NCBI RefSeq assembly: GCF_000017305.1
Contig: NC_009806.1
Span: 30,001 to 62,000 of the forward strand
Reading direction: 5' to 3'
DNA length: 32,000 nucleotides
From: Kineococcus radiotolerans SRS30216 = ATCC BAA-149
Lineage (GTDB): Bacteria; Actinomycetota; Actinomycetes; Actinomycetales; Kineococcaceae
Shown here piece by piece: positions 22,549-30,552 of this stretch (the stretch's first letter is position 1; the number at the start of each line of letters is the position of its first letter). The position numbers were made by a program, and so were the translations under genes. Under the pieces are notes generated by a model. It had not been told where the DNA came from. It ran no database searches and saw only the letters and a list, made by a program, of their open reading frames with translations.

Positions 22549-22878
22549 TCAGCGTCCTTTCCGGGCATCATGGCGGCGCGTGTCGTCTCGCGTGTCGTCT
22601 CGCGTGTTGTCTTGCGTGTTGCCTCGCGTGTTGCCTCGCGTGTTGCCTTGTGCGCTGCGTCGCGTGTGGCGGCGGTCGATCCTCGTATCAATGCTTTGTA
22701 CGAGGCGCTGAGCCACCCGGGCACGCTGAGCCCGCAAGAAGACAGCGGACAGGATCACCGACAGGACCGCGGCGCCGAGAACGGCGTAGGGAACGGGAAC
22801 CTGCAGGAGAGACAAGACACCCAGCGGCAGCACGAAGAAGCCGGTGCGCAGTACCACCAAGGCGATGAACGGGTTCAT
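22549..22878 (-). CDS. Small two-TM protein resembling DUF4229, with repeat-encoded basic tail
   Basis: MNPFIALVVLRTGFFVLPLGVL...AVLGAAVLSVILSAVFLRAQRARVAQRL fits the DUF4229-type pattern. It has an ATGA overlap with the upstream copD/ctaG gene. Confidence 0.6.
   Translation of the reverse strand: MNPFIALVVLRTGFFVLPLGVLSLLQVPVPYAVLGAAVLSVILSAVFLRAQRARVAQRLVQSIDTRIDRRHTRRSAQGNTRGNTRGNTQDNTRDDTRDDTRRHDARKGR
22577..22648 (-). repeat. 6 x 12-nt in-frame tandem repeat encoding (GNTR/DDTR)n
   Basis: Units start at 22577, 22589, 22601, 22613, 22625 and 22637 (cgcgtgtcgtct drifting to cgcgtgttgcct). Confidence 0.9.
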
Positions 22879-25094
22879 GATGGACCTTCCGGAGGGTTAC
22901 CGCGGCGGTGCAGTTGCTGCAGGTGCTCGTTATAGGCACGCAACTCGGCGTCTCCATCCCGATGAGCCTGCCGGTCGTAGCGACGGCGTTCCCGGCGATC
23001 GGACTGAATCCACCGCAACGCCAGGGCGGTACTCATCAGCGCCGCGGGATAGTCTCCCAGCGCCCAAGCCAGCGCACCGCCGCGGAACTGGTCCTGCTCC
23101 AGGGTTGGACCCCAGGTCCGGTTCAGGGAGGCGAACCAGTCTCGGCCGAAGACTTCGACGCTGCTCATCATGGCGATACCGACGAAAGCGTGGAACGCCA
23201 AGGACACCATGAGGATGATCATCCGAATGGGGTAGACGGGCCGCGGCGGGCCGGGATCGATTCCGCAGATCATCCACGAAAACACGTAGCCGGAGAGCAG
23301 GAAGTGCACCGTCATCAGCACATGGCCGGTGTGGGTCCGCAAGGCGATCTCGAACAGCGGTGAGTAGTAGAACACGACGGTTCCGGCGATGAAGATCACC
23401 GAGGCCACGACAGGATGGCCCATGATTTGCATCCACCGTGAGTGGACCAGCAGCAGTAGCCACTCCCGCGGGCCGCGGCTACCGTCGCGCCGGACGGGCA
23501 GGGTCCGCAGCGCCAGGGTGATGGGTGCACCCAGCACGAGCAGGAACGGGACCACCATGGCGATGGTCATGTGCTCGACCATGTGCATGCTAAACAGCAC
23601 GCGGCCGTAGACCCCCGGTGCGCCACTGGTGGTCCACACCAGCAGCGCACATCCCAGCAGCCAGAAGATGGCCCGCCCTACCGGCCAGCGGTCCCCCCGA
23701 CGGTGCAGCAGCCACACCGCCCGGATGTACCAGCCGGCCAGGACGAGAGCGGCGACGAACCACAACAGGTTCAAGCGCCACTGGGTGAACCACTCCACCG
23801 TCGTCAGCGCCGGCGGCATCGGGTACCCCAGCAGCGTCTCGGTGTCGGCGCCTCCCGCGCTGGTGTCGGCTGCGGTCGGCGAGGTCCGCGACAGAGCCAC
23901 CCCCAGGCCGGCGGCTACGGCCAAGACCGACAACTCCCCCAGCGCCACCAGCGTGAAGGCCCGCCCCGCCTCCAGCCGTCCTGCGCGCAGCGAGGTAAGC
24001 ACCCGCCGCCGCTGGTACCAGCCCAGCAGCCCCAGCACGGCCAGGCACGCGGTCTTAGCCGCCAGGAGCGCCCCGTAGGTGCTCAGCAGCTGGGCAACGC
24101 CTGGGACCCGGACGAGGGCTCCCACCACACCGGAGACCGCGACCAGCACGAAGCACCAGCCGGCCAGCGACGAGAAGCGAGCCAGCACAGCAGCGAACTG
24201 ATCGACGTAGTGCTTGCGTACCAGCGCGAGGCCAGCCAGTCCCCCGGTCCACACGCTGAGACCCACGACGTGAGCGAACTGCACGTCCACCGCTGCGCTG
24301 TGGTTGGCAGCGGAGGCGCTGTGCCCGGTCAAGGCCAGCGGGAACACTCCCACAACAGCCAGCACCGCCAGCAGACCCACACTCGTCAACCGGGTGGCCA
24401 GTGCGCACCCGGTCGCGATGAGCGCGGCTACCCCTGTACTCACCGCCAGCGACCGACCGAGGTCGAACTGCCCGACGAAGAGGAACAGGCCCTCCCCGGT
24501 GACGCCGGAGACCGGTACAGCGGCCACGTCGGCGTAGGTCAAGACCACGGTGGCAACGCCGCTGAACGTCCACAGCAGCGCTGCGGCACCAGCCCACCGC
24601 ACTAGCCGGCCACGTTGAGCATCGAGCGCGCCGTCGGCTTGCTGCTGTCCTCGCTCGTACCGCTGTTCCGAACCTTGAAGCTGTTCCGCATCTCGTAGCT
24701 GCTCACGGTCTCGCGGCTGCTCACGGTCTCGCAGCTGCTCCCGGTCTCGCAGCTGCTCCCGGTCTCGCTGTCGCCGGGGGTGTGAGGGACTGCGCTGCCC
24801 AGGCAACACTGTGGCAGCCACGACCAGGCAGCCCAGTGTGAGAGCAATGCCCACGTCCATCAAGCCCCGCATCGCCGGCAGCGTCCAGCGCACGCCCGCC
24901 CCTGGATCACCCAGACCGCTGCTAGGCGCGTCCAGCTCCCCGGTGCCCGCAAGAAGGCCGACGGTCAGCAGCGGAACGATCAGCACGAGGACGGGAGCAG
25001 CAATCCACGTCAACGCCACGTTGCGCGCTGCCTCACCGGAGGACCTAGGGGCCTTAGGGGCTCCAGACGTTCCTGAGGTGGCCGCGATGCTCAT
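22875..25094 (-). CDS. CopD-domain + CtaG (caa3-type cytochrome oxidase assembly) fusion membrane protein, CtiP-like
   Basis: The N-terminal half has CopD-like TM helices. The C-terminal half carries WRLNLLWFVAALVLAGWYIRAV...LFSMHMVEHMTIAMVVPFLLVLGAPITLALR, the Caa3_CtaG signature. It has an ATGA overlap with copC. Confidence 0.85.
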   Translation of the reverse strand: MSIAATSGTSGAPKAPRSSGEAARNVALTWIAAPVLVLIVPLLTVGLLAGTGELDAPSSGLGDPGAGVRWTLPAMRGLMDVGIALTLGCLVVAATVLPGQRSPSHPRRQRDREQLRDREQLRDREQPRDREQLRDAEQLQGSEQRYERGQQQADGALDAQRGRLVRWAGAAALLWTFSGVATVVLTYADVAAVPVSGVTGEGLFLFVGQFDLGRSLAVSTGVAALIATGCALATRLTSVGLLAVLAVVGVFPLALTGHSASAANHSAAVDVQFAHVVGLSVWTGGLAGLALVRKHYVDQFAAVLARFSSLAGWCFVLVAVSGVVGALVRVPGVAQLLSTYGALLAAKTACLAVLGLLGWYQRRRVLTSLRAGRLEAGRAFTLVALGELSVLAVAAGLGVALSRTSPTAADTSAGGADTETLLGYPMPPALTTVEWFTQWRLNLLWFVAALVLAGWYIRAVWLLHRRGDRWPVGRAIFWLLGCALLVWTTSGAPGVYGRVLFSMHMVEHMTIAMVVPFLLVLGAPITLALRTLPVRRDGSRGPREWLLLLVHSRWMQIMGHPVVASVIFIAGTVVFYYSPLFEIALRTHTGHVLMTVHFLLSGYVFSWMICGIDPGPPRPVYPIRMIILMVSLAFHAFVGIAMMSSVEVFGRDWFASLNRTWGPTLEQDQFRGGALAWALGDYPAALMSTALALRWIQSDRRERRRYDRQAHRDGDAELRAYNEHLQQLHRRGNPPEGPS
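24693..24764 (-). repeat. 4 x 18-nt in-frame tandem repeat encoding (REQLRD)n inside the CopD domain
   Basis: Units at 24693-24710, 24711-24728, 24729-24746 and 24747-24764 (tcg[t/c][a/g]gctgctc[a/c]cggtc). Degenerate copies flank them. Confidence 0.9.
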
Positions 25095-25834
25095 GACCGC
25101 CCTCGCCGTCGACGGGCGATCACGACGATGATCCCTGCCACGATGCCGGCGATCCCGGCAAGGACGGTGGGCAGGGTGAGGGCCGGCAGGCCACCTGATC
25201 CGGTGCTGGGGTCCTCAGCGCTTCCCTTCGTTGTGCTGACGGTCGCGTCGGGGACGGTAGTCGGTGTGATCTGCGCCGATGACGGAGTGTCGGGGGAAGT
25301 CAGTGACTCGGGGCTCGGCGGCGCCTCCTGGGTGGTGCCGGCGACAGGGGCGGTAGCGGCAGCGGTGGTGCCCCCGACGGGCGCATCCGGAACGCCGTTG
25401 ACCGAGAAGGTCACCGCGCCGGAGATGGGGTGACCATCGGCGGAAACGACGCGGTAGTCGACCCGCCACGAAGTCAAACCGCCCGCCTCTGCGGCGGCGT
25501 TGGTCTGAGCGGGCACCGTGAGGACGACTGTCGCTTCCTCCACCGTGGCGGAGACCGGGGCCGGGTCTGCGGAGCCGATGGTGACGGCACCGTCGACGTA
25601 CTGCGGCTCCACCTCTTCGTTGAAGACCAGGTTTACCTGGTCCGGGGCGGCGGTGAGGGTCGAGCCGTTGGCCGGGTCGCTGCTCCTGAGGGCACTGTGC
25701 GCGTTGGCTGCGGTGGCGGTGAGCGCCGGGAGCGCGGCGCCGAGCAAGACGGCCGCACTCAGCCGGCGCAGGATGATCCCGCGGTCTCGTGCGGGGCGGC
25801 TCATACGAACGTATGGGGAGTGTTTAGGGGGCAT
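25091..25834 (-). CDS. copC: CopC-domain copper-binding protein with S/T/P linker and C-terminal TM anchor (paralog 2)
   Basis: ANAHSALRSSDPANGSTL...WRVDYRVVSADGHPISGAVTFSV is the CopC signature. The start was set at ATG 25834 because of an AGGAAG SD and the signal peptide. The 107 upstream codons of the listed ORF look non-coding. Confidence 0.85.
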   Translation of the reverse strand: MPPKHSPYVRMSRPARDRGIILRRLSAAVLLGAALPALTATAANAHSALRSSDPANGSTLTAAPDQVNLVFNEEVEPQYVDGAVTIGSADPAPVSATVEEATVVLTVPAQTNAAAEAGGLTSWRVDYRVVSADGHPISGAVTFSVNGVPDAPVGGTTAAATAPVAGTTQEAPPSPESLTSPDTPSSAQITPTTVPDATVSTTKGSAEDPSTGSGGLPALTLPTVLAGIAGIVAGIIVVIARRRRGRS

Positions 25835-25928
25835 GGTTCTGCTTCCTGACTGCTCTGGTCCTCGCCGGAGGCGGGAAGCGCAGCCTGGGGTCGATGGGCG
25901 AAAGCTCACGCGGCGTGACGCGGCGTAG

Positions 25929-26576
25929 TCACGGCCGCTGCCAGGGCTCGGCGGTTTCAACGGTCCGATCACGTTCAGGGAATGGCTTGTGGTGGTCGTC
26001 CTCAGGGCCATGACGGGGCGGGGCGGCGTCATCCTCATCGAGCGATGTGGTCCCGGTCGGCACACCAGGGTGGTCGCCTTCCGCCGCGAGCTCGGTCGCG
26101 GCTTCAGGATGAGCCCCGCCTTCAGCCTCACCCACGGTCGCAGCCGGGGTCTCACCCACGCGCGCCGCCTCGCCGTCAGCCTCGGCTCTATCCTCGCCTT
26201 CGACCTCGGCCCTACCCCTGGCCTCGGCCCTGTCTTGGGCCTCGGCCTCGGCTTGCAAGCGTGCGCGGTGGTTCACTCGTTGTACTCGTCGAGCCATGCT
26301 GCGGCCCAGGAAGTAGACCGCGACGGCGGACAAGAACAGGGTCAGGAAGCCCCAGAGACCCGGGGTCACCAGGTCGGCATCCACCTCGGGTGTGGTCGTG
26401 GGCGTGTCCGCGTGGGGTGAGGGCAGCGGGGAGCCGGCGAAGAGGAACGCCGCTGTCGTCACCACGACCGATGACGTCACGAACACCGAGCACCTGCAGT
26501 GTGGAGAAAGTGAGCCGGGCGCTGCAGCTGCTGAGCCGGCGGGTGCGACGGTTGAGGGTGCTGAGGGGTGGGCCAC
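25929..26576 (-). CDS. Hypothetical membrane protein with acidic Ala/Glu/Asp-rich C-terminal tail
   Basis: It has one clear TM (GLWGFLTLFLSAVAVYFLG) and then a charged low-complexity tail. The start is uncertain: GTG 26576 or an internal GTG near VFVTSS. No family was recognised. Confidence 0.45.
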   Translation of the reverse strand: MAHPSAPSTVAPAGSAAAAPGSLSPHCRCSVFVTSSVVVTTAAFLFAGSPLPSPHADTPTTTPEVDADLVTPGLWGFLTLFLSAVAVYFLGRSMARRVQRVNHRARLQAEAEAQDRAEARGRAEVEGEDRAEADGEAARVGETPAATVGEAEGGAHPEAATELAAEGDHPGVPTGTTSLDEDDAAPPRHGPEDDHHKPFPERDRTVETAEPWQRP

Positions 26577-26720
26577 GGGGTCGCTGGGCTGGTCATGAAC
26601 GTGGGTCTCGACTCTCCGGTTCGGGTGTGGGGGAAGCGCGCATGCGCCATGGCGACCCGACAGCTCGAAAAGACGATCCGGATGAAGACCTGCTGGTGCA
26701 GGACAGGTCGCCTGAGCTGT

Positions 26721-27461
26721 TCAGACCGCGCTGAGGAACCAGGAGGAGACCGGGGGTCCGCGACGGCGACGTCGTCGCCCCATCCGTTGCAGCACCGGTG
26801 CTGCCAGGACGGTTTCAATGCAACTGGCGCGCATACGCCACGGGTAGTCCGAGGCGCCCAGGAGCAGCATGCAGAGGGGACGTAGCCAGGTCCACACGTG
26901 CCACAGCGCCCGCTCCAGACCGGCCAGCGCAATGATCGTCAAGACGGTGGCCGTGATGTGCAGGAGGAGCATCACCGCTGCGGCCGCTGAACCAAAGCCA
27001 GGATGAGGGGCCAGCGCACTAAGACCGGCGTCGGTCGAGGGGCCAGAAAAGGGGACATTCAGGAGGGAGGTGCCCGACCAGGGGGTGGACGCCGTGAAGG
27101 ACGAAGGCGAGAGCTGGACAGCGTTCGACCCATGCAGGTGCCCGCCGTGATCGGCAGCTAGAACGGCCTCGAGGTGGGAGGTCGTTGACGCGGTTGCGTG
27201 CCCACCCAGTGCGGCGAAGAGCTGATGCAACAGCATCTGCAGGCCGGTCTGCAGCAAGGCGGTGACGCGGCCACTGATCGAGCGGCCCGTCAGGACGTAG
27301 GCCAGGCATGCGACCGGGATGGCTAGCGGTAGCAGGAGAGCCGTGGGCGGGAGGCGACCACCGGCCGCGGTGTGAGCCAAAGACGCCAAAGCGAAGGTGA
27401 TGACGACCAACAGGCCGGTGCGGAAGATGCGCAACGGCCCGTGGGCGGGTGACTCCACCAT
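26721..27461 (-). CDS. Hypothetical 4-TM membrane protein with His-rich loop
   Basis: TM helices flank the loop GGHATASTTSHLEAVLAADHGGHLHG. ATG 27461 is preferred (GGAG SD 6 nt upstream) over ATG 27524. No family was recognised. Confidence 0.55.
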   Translation of the reverse strand: MVESPAHGPLRIFRTGLLVVITFALASLAHTAAGGRLPPTALLLPLAIPVACLAYVLTGRSISGRVTALLQTGLQMLLHQLFAALGGHATASTTSHLEAVLAADHGGHLHGSNAVQLSPSSFTASTPWSGTSLLNVPFSGPSTDAGLSALAPHPGFGSAAAAVMLLLHITATVLTIIALAGLERALWHVWTWLRPLCMLLLGASDYPWRMRASCIETVLAAPVLQRMGRRRRRRGPPVSSWFLSAV

Positions 27462-27596
27462 GGTGTGCTCCGGGCTGCCCACGGCGAGCCACCGGTGCTC
27501 AGGGGCGTGGTCACGGGGGTGCATCGGTGCTCATCAATACTTGCTGGGTCCGTGCGCGCTGACTCAGTACTCGCTGCGTCACGGCCCTCATCATGA

Positions 27597-28619
27597 TCAT
27601 GAGTGGGCGCCCACCTCATGCCCGCGGTGAGAGGCGGGTTCGAGCTGGAAGGTGGAGTGTTCGACCGCAACCTCGAAGTGCTCGGCGACGCAGGCCTGCA
27701 GCTCGTCGAGCACCTGCGGGCAGTGCCCGTCGACGAAGCAGTGGTCCTCCACGACGACGTGCGCACTGAGAACGGGCAGCCCGGTGGCGATCTGGGAGGC
27801 GTGCAGGTCGTGGACTGCGCGTACGTGCGGCAGCTCCTCCAGGTGGCGTCGCACATCGTCGAGGTCCAGCCCGCGCGGGGTGGACTCCAGCAAGACCTCA
27901 ACGGTCTCACGCAACAGCTTCAGGGTGCGCGGGATGATGAGCACACCGATGAGCAGAGAAACGACAGCGTCAGCGCGCGTCCAGCCGGTGGTGGCGATGA
28001 CGATGGCCGCGATGATGACCGCCAGCGACCCGAGCGCGTCGTTGAGCACCTCCAGGAACGCTGCTCGCATGTTCATGGTGTTCCCACGGGCGGTGTAGAT
28101 CACCGCGAGGGAGGCGATGTTCGCCAGCAAACCGATGACACCGAAGATGATCATCGTGCCTGAGCCGACTTCCGGCGGCTCGAGCAGTCGCCGGACGCCC
28201 TCGACGATGACGAACACCCCCACGGCCAGCAGCACACTGGCCTGCAAAGCTGCCGCGAGCACCTCGGCACGGCGGAAGCCCCACGTCCGCTGCGCGGTCG
28301 GTGGGCGCATCGCCAGCGTGGCCGCGAAGTAGGCGATGAGCAGGCCGGCCGCATCGGTGAGCATGTGACCTGCATCGGCGAGCAGGGCCAGGCTGCCCGA
28401 GATGAGCGCCCCGATGACCTCGGCGACCAGAACCGTCGACGTCAGACACAATGCGATCAGCAGGCGGCGGCGATCCAAGCCGGCCAGCTCCGCATGCCCG
28501 TGACCGTGCCCATGACCCTCGCCGGGACCCCCACCAGGACCGCTGCTGTGACTAGTGGCGGCATGCTGCGCGTGCGGGCCGGTCTCGCTCATGTCGGCCG
28601 CATCAGAAGTGGGGTTCAC
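27597..28619 (-). CDS. czcD: Cation diffusion facilitator metal exporter (CzcD/ZitB type), paralog 2
   Basis: It has a His-rich N-terminus (GEGHGHGHGH) and the motifs LADAGHMLTD, NMRAAFLEVLNDALGS and HDLH. About three quarters of residues are identical to the left-edge paralog in the stretch I aligned by eye. It has a GTGA overlap with arsR-2. Confidence 0.92.
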   Translation of the reverse strand: MNPTSDAADMSETGPHAQHAATSHSSGPGGGPGEGHGHGHGHAELAGLDRRRLLIALCLTSTVLVAEVIGALISGSLALLADAGHMLTDAAGLLIAYFAATLAMRPPTAQRTWGFRRAEVLAAALQASVLLAVGVFVIVEGVRRLLEPPEVGSGTMIIFGVIGLLANIASLAVIYTARGNTMNMRAAFLEVLNDALGSLAVIIAAIVIATTGWTRADAVVSLLIGVLIIPRTLKLLRETVEVLLESTPRGLDLDDVRRHLEELPHVRAVHDLHASQIATGLPVLSAHVVVEDHCFVDGHCPQVLDELQACVAEHFEVAVEHSTFQLEPASHRGHEVGAHS

Positions 28620-29077
28620 CGCTGTCTCCCGATGAGACGTAGCGCAGGAGCGCTGAATCCATCAGTGGGGTCAGGCTGGAGGTCGTCGGTGCTACTGCGC
28701 TCATCAGCAGCGCCGTGGGTAGGGGGGTTTTGATCAAGTGATTGCTGCTGCAAGGTCGGCGGCTCAGTGCGGGGAAGGGGCTCGTGGCCTGGGGTGCCGA
28801 CCAGGATGAGGCCCAGGAGGTCTGACAAGGCGTGGGCCAGTCGCATGTCGGCCAGCTCATAGCGTTGCCGGCGTCCCTGAGGCACCGCGACGACGAGACC
28901 ACAATCGCGTAAGCAGGCCAGGTGGTTGGACATGCTTTGGCGTGAGACGCCCAGGCGCAGGGCGAGGTCGCTGGAGAACTCAGGTGCTTGTCGCAAGGCG
29001 AGCAGGACGCGGGCCCTGGTGGGGTCGCTGAGGGCGTGACCGAAGCGGGCGAGCACTTCCCCATCGCGCAGCAGCAT
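28616..29077 (-). CDS. ArsR/SmtB-family metalloregulator (CmtR-like core, long Pro/Gln/Asp-rich tail without Cys)
   Basis: Motifs: LARFGHALSDPTRARVLLAL and SNHLACLRDCGLVV. ATG 29077 (MLLRDGEVLARFGH) aligns with the arsR-1 N-terminus. The ORF is open to 29122. Confidence 0.85.
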   Translation of the reverse strand: MLLRDGEVLARFGHALSDPTRARVLLALRQAPEFSSDLALRLGVSRQSMSNHLACLRDCGLVVAVPQGRRQRYELADMRLAHALSDLLGLILVGTPGHEPLPRTEPPTLQQQSLDQNPPTHGAADERSSTDDLQPDPTDGFSAPALRLIGRQR

Positions 29078-29203
29078 GCTCACCACACTACAGCGACGGG
29101 TGGATCCACTCAACACTGTCACGAGTGCTGAAGTTCACATCGCCGCAGCGATGGCCGCTGCGACGTCCATGCCAGGATTGATGAACCCCACGACGGAGGA
29201 TCC

Positions 29204-29917
29204 GTGTCCCGCAATGTGAAGATCTCGAGCCTGCTCGGCCTGGGTGTCGTTCTCGTTCTCATCGCTGCCTTCGCCTGGTCCGCCAGTACAGGCCGGGCCC
29301 AAACCGTGAAGCCCGCACCACCGGCCACCGCCGTTGCCGCCGTCGACCCCCAGGTGGTGCGCGCGGACAGCCATGTCCTGGGTGAGCGGGGTTCGACCGG
29401 GGTCACCGTGGTGGAGTTCCTGGACTTCGAGTGCGAGGGCTGCCTGGCCGCCTACCCGTTGGTCGAACGACTGCGACAGCAGTACGCCGGGCGGGTTACC
29501 TTCGTCGCCCGGTACTTTCCCCTGCCTGGTCACGCCAACGCCATGAACGCGGCCCTTGCTGTCGAGGCTGCCGCTCAGCAGGGCCGTTTCGAGGCGATGT
29601 ACCAGCGCATGTACCAGACGCAGGGCGAGTGGGGTGAACAGCAGGTCTCCGCCGCCGCGACCTTCCGCGGCTACGCCGACAGCTTGGGCCTGGACCTGGG
29701 TGCCTACGACAGAGCGGTGAACGACCCCGCGACCCGGGAACGGATCGAGAAGGATGTCGCGGATGGCCTCGGCCTGGGCCTGGAAGGAACCCCGACGTTC
29801 TACCTCGACGGTCAGCGTCTGGAGCCGACCTCCGAGCAGGACTTCCTCGACGCGATCGAGCGGGCTGTCACAGCAGCCGAGTCGACCGTAGCACCGGCAC
29901 CTTTGCCGGCGCCGTGA
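29204..29917 (+). CDS. DsbA-family thiol:disulfide oxidoreductase (membrane-anchored)
   Basis: It has an N-terminal TM and then VVEFLDFECEGCLAAYPLVERL (CxxC), MYQTQGEW and GLEGTPTFYLDG. The start is GTG, with a GGAGGA upstream. Confidence 0.85.
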   Translation: MSRNVKISSLLGLGVVLVLIAAFAWSASTGRAQTVKPAPPATAVAAVDPQVVRADSHVLGERGSTGVTVVEFLDFECEGCLAAYPLVERLRQQYAGRVTFVARYFPLPGHANAMNAALAVEAAAQQGRFEAMYQRMYQTQGEWGEQQVSAAATFRGYADSLGLDLGAYDRAVNDPATRERIEKDVADGLGLGLEGTPTFYLDGQRLEPTSEQDFLDAIERAVTAAESTVAPAPLPAP

Positions 29918-30552
29918 GTACCCCCACAACGACCCGGTCGACGGGGCCTCGCCGGACAGTGGGCCGCCGCGAACCCGGTCTGCTGCTGTTCGTCTGCGGG
30001 CTCATCGGGGTGAGTGCGGCTTTTGCCCTGATGGTCGAGAAGATCCAATTGCTGCAAGACCCCGCCTACGTGCCGTTGTGCAGCGTCAACGCGCTGCTCA
30101 GCTGCACATCGGTCATGACCAGTGACCAGGCGGAGGTCTTCGGGTTCCCCAATCCACTGCTGGGGCTCATCGGCTTCGCGGTGATTGCAGCGGCGGGCGG
30201 CGGGCTGTTGGCCGGGGCCTCGTACCGTACCTGGTTCTGGGTGGGGCTGCAGATCGGTGTCAGTGCCGCGTTCGTCTTCGTGCATTGGCTGATCGTGCAG
30301 AGCGTGTACAGCATCGGCGCCCTGTGTCCGTATTGCCTTCTCGTGTGGATCGTCACCGCACCGGTGTTCTGGTACACGACCCTGCGCAACGTCTCCGTGT
30401 GGGCGGCGGATGCACCCCGCCCACAGCGACGGCACGCGGTGGTGAGGCTGGCCCAGGAGTTCCACTCCGTGCCCTTGGTGATCTGGTACCTCGCGGTACT
30501 GGTAGTCGTCGCCCTGCGGTTCTGGAACCAGGCATTGGGAATGGTTCTCTAG
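29914..30552 (+). CDS. Vitamin K epoxide reductase family protein (VKOR, DsbB-equivalent)
   Basis: It has the loop Cys pair CSVNALLSCTSV, FGFPNPLLG, and the CPYC active site in a TM helix. It has a GTGA overlap with dsbA. Confidence 0.9.
   Translation: MSTPTTTRSTGPRRTVGRREPGLLLFVCGLIGVSAAFALMVEKIQLLQDPAYVPLCSVNALLSCTSVMTSDQAEVFGFPNPLLGLIGFAVIAAAGGGLLAGASYRTWFWVGLQIGVSAAFVFVHWLIVQSVYSIGALCPYCLLVWIVTAPVFWYTTLRNVSVWAADAPRPQRRHAVVRLAQEFHSVPLVIWYLAVLVVVALRFWNQALGMVL

Noticed and set aside
254-24605. Long antisense or off-frame ORFs shadowing real genes. Examples: 254..1045 -, 3499..4572 -, 6131..6844 +, 11052..12221 +, 12163..13059 +, 20649..21698 +, 23571..24605 +.
   Set aside because: Each lies opposite to or overlaps a gene with clear family motifs. 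Each has skewed R/G/P/H/Q-rich composition and lacks SD or start context. They were treated as GC-driven shadow ORFs.
27525-29203. NiCo (czcD-motif) riboswitch upstream of the CDF exporters.
   Set aside because: czcD-2 is translationally coupled to an ArsR-family gene with no leader of its own. The 5' region of czcD-1 is outside the window. Nothing resembling the NiCo four-way junction was seen.
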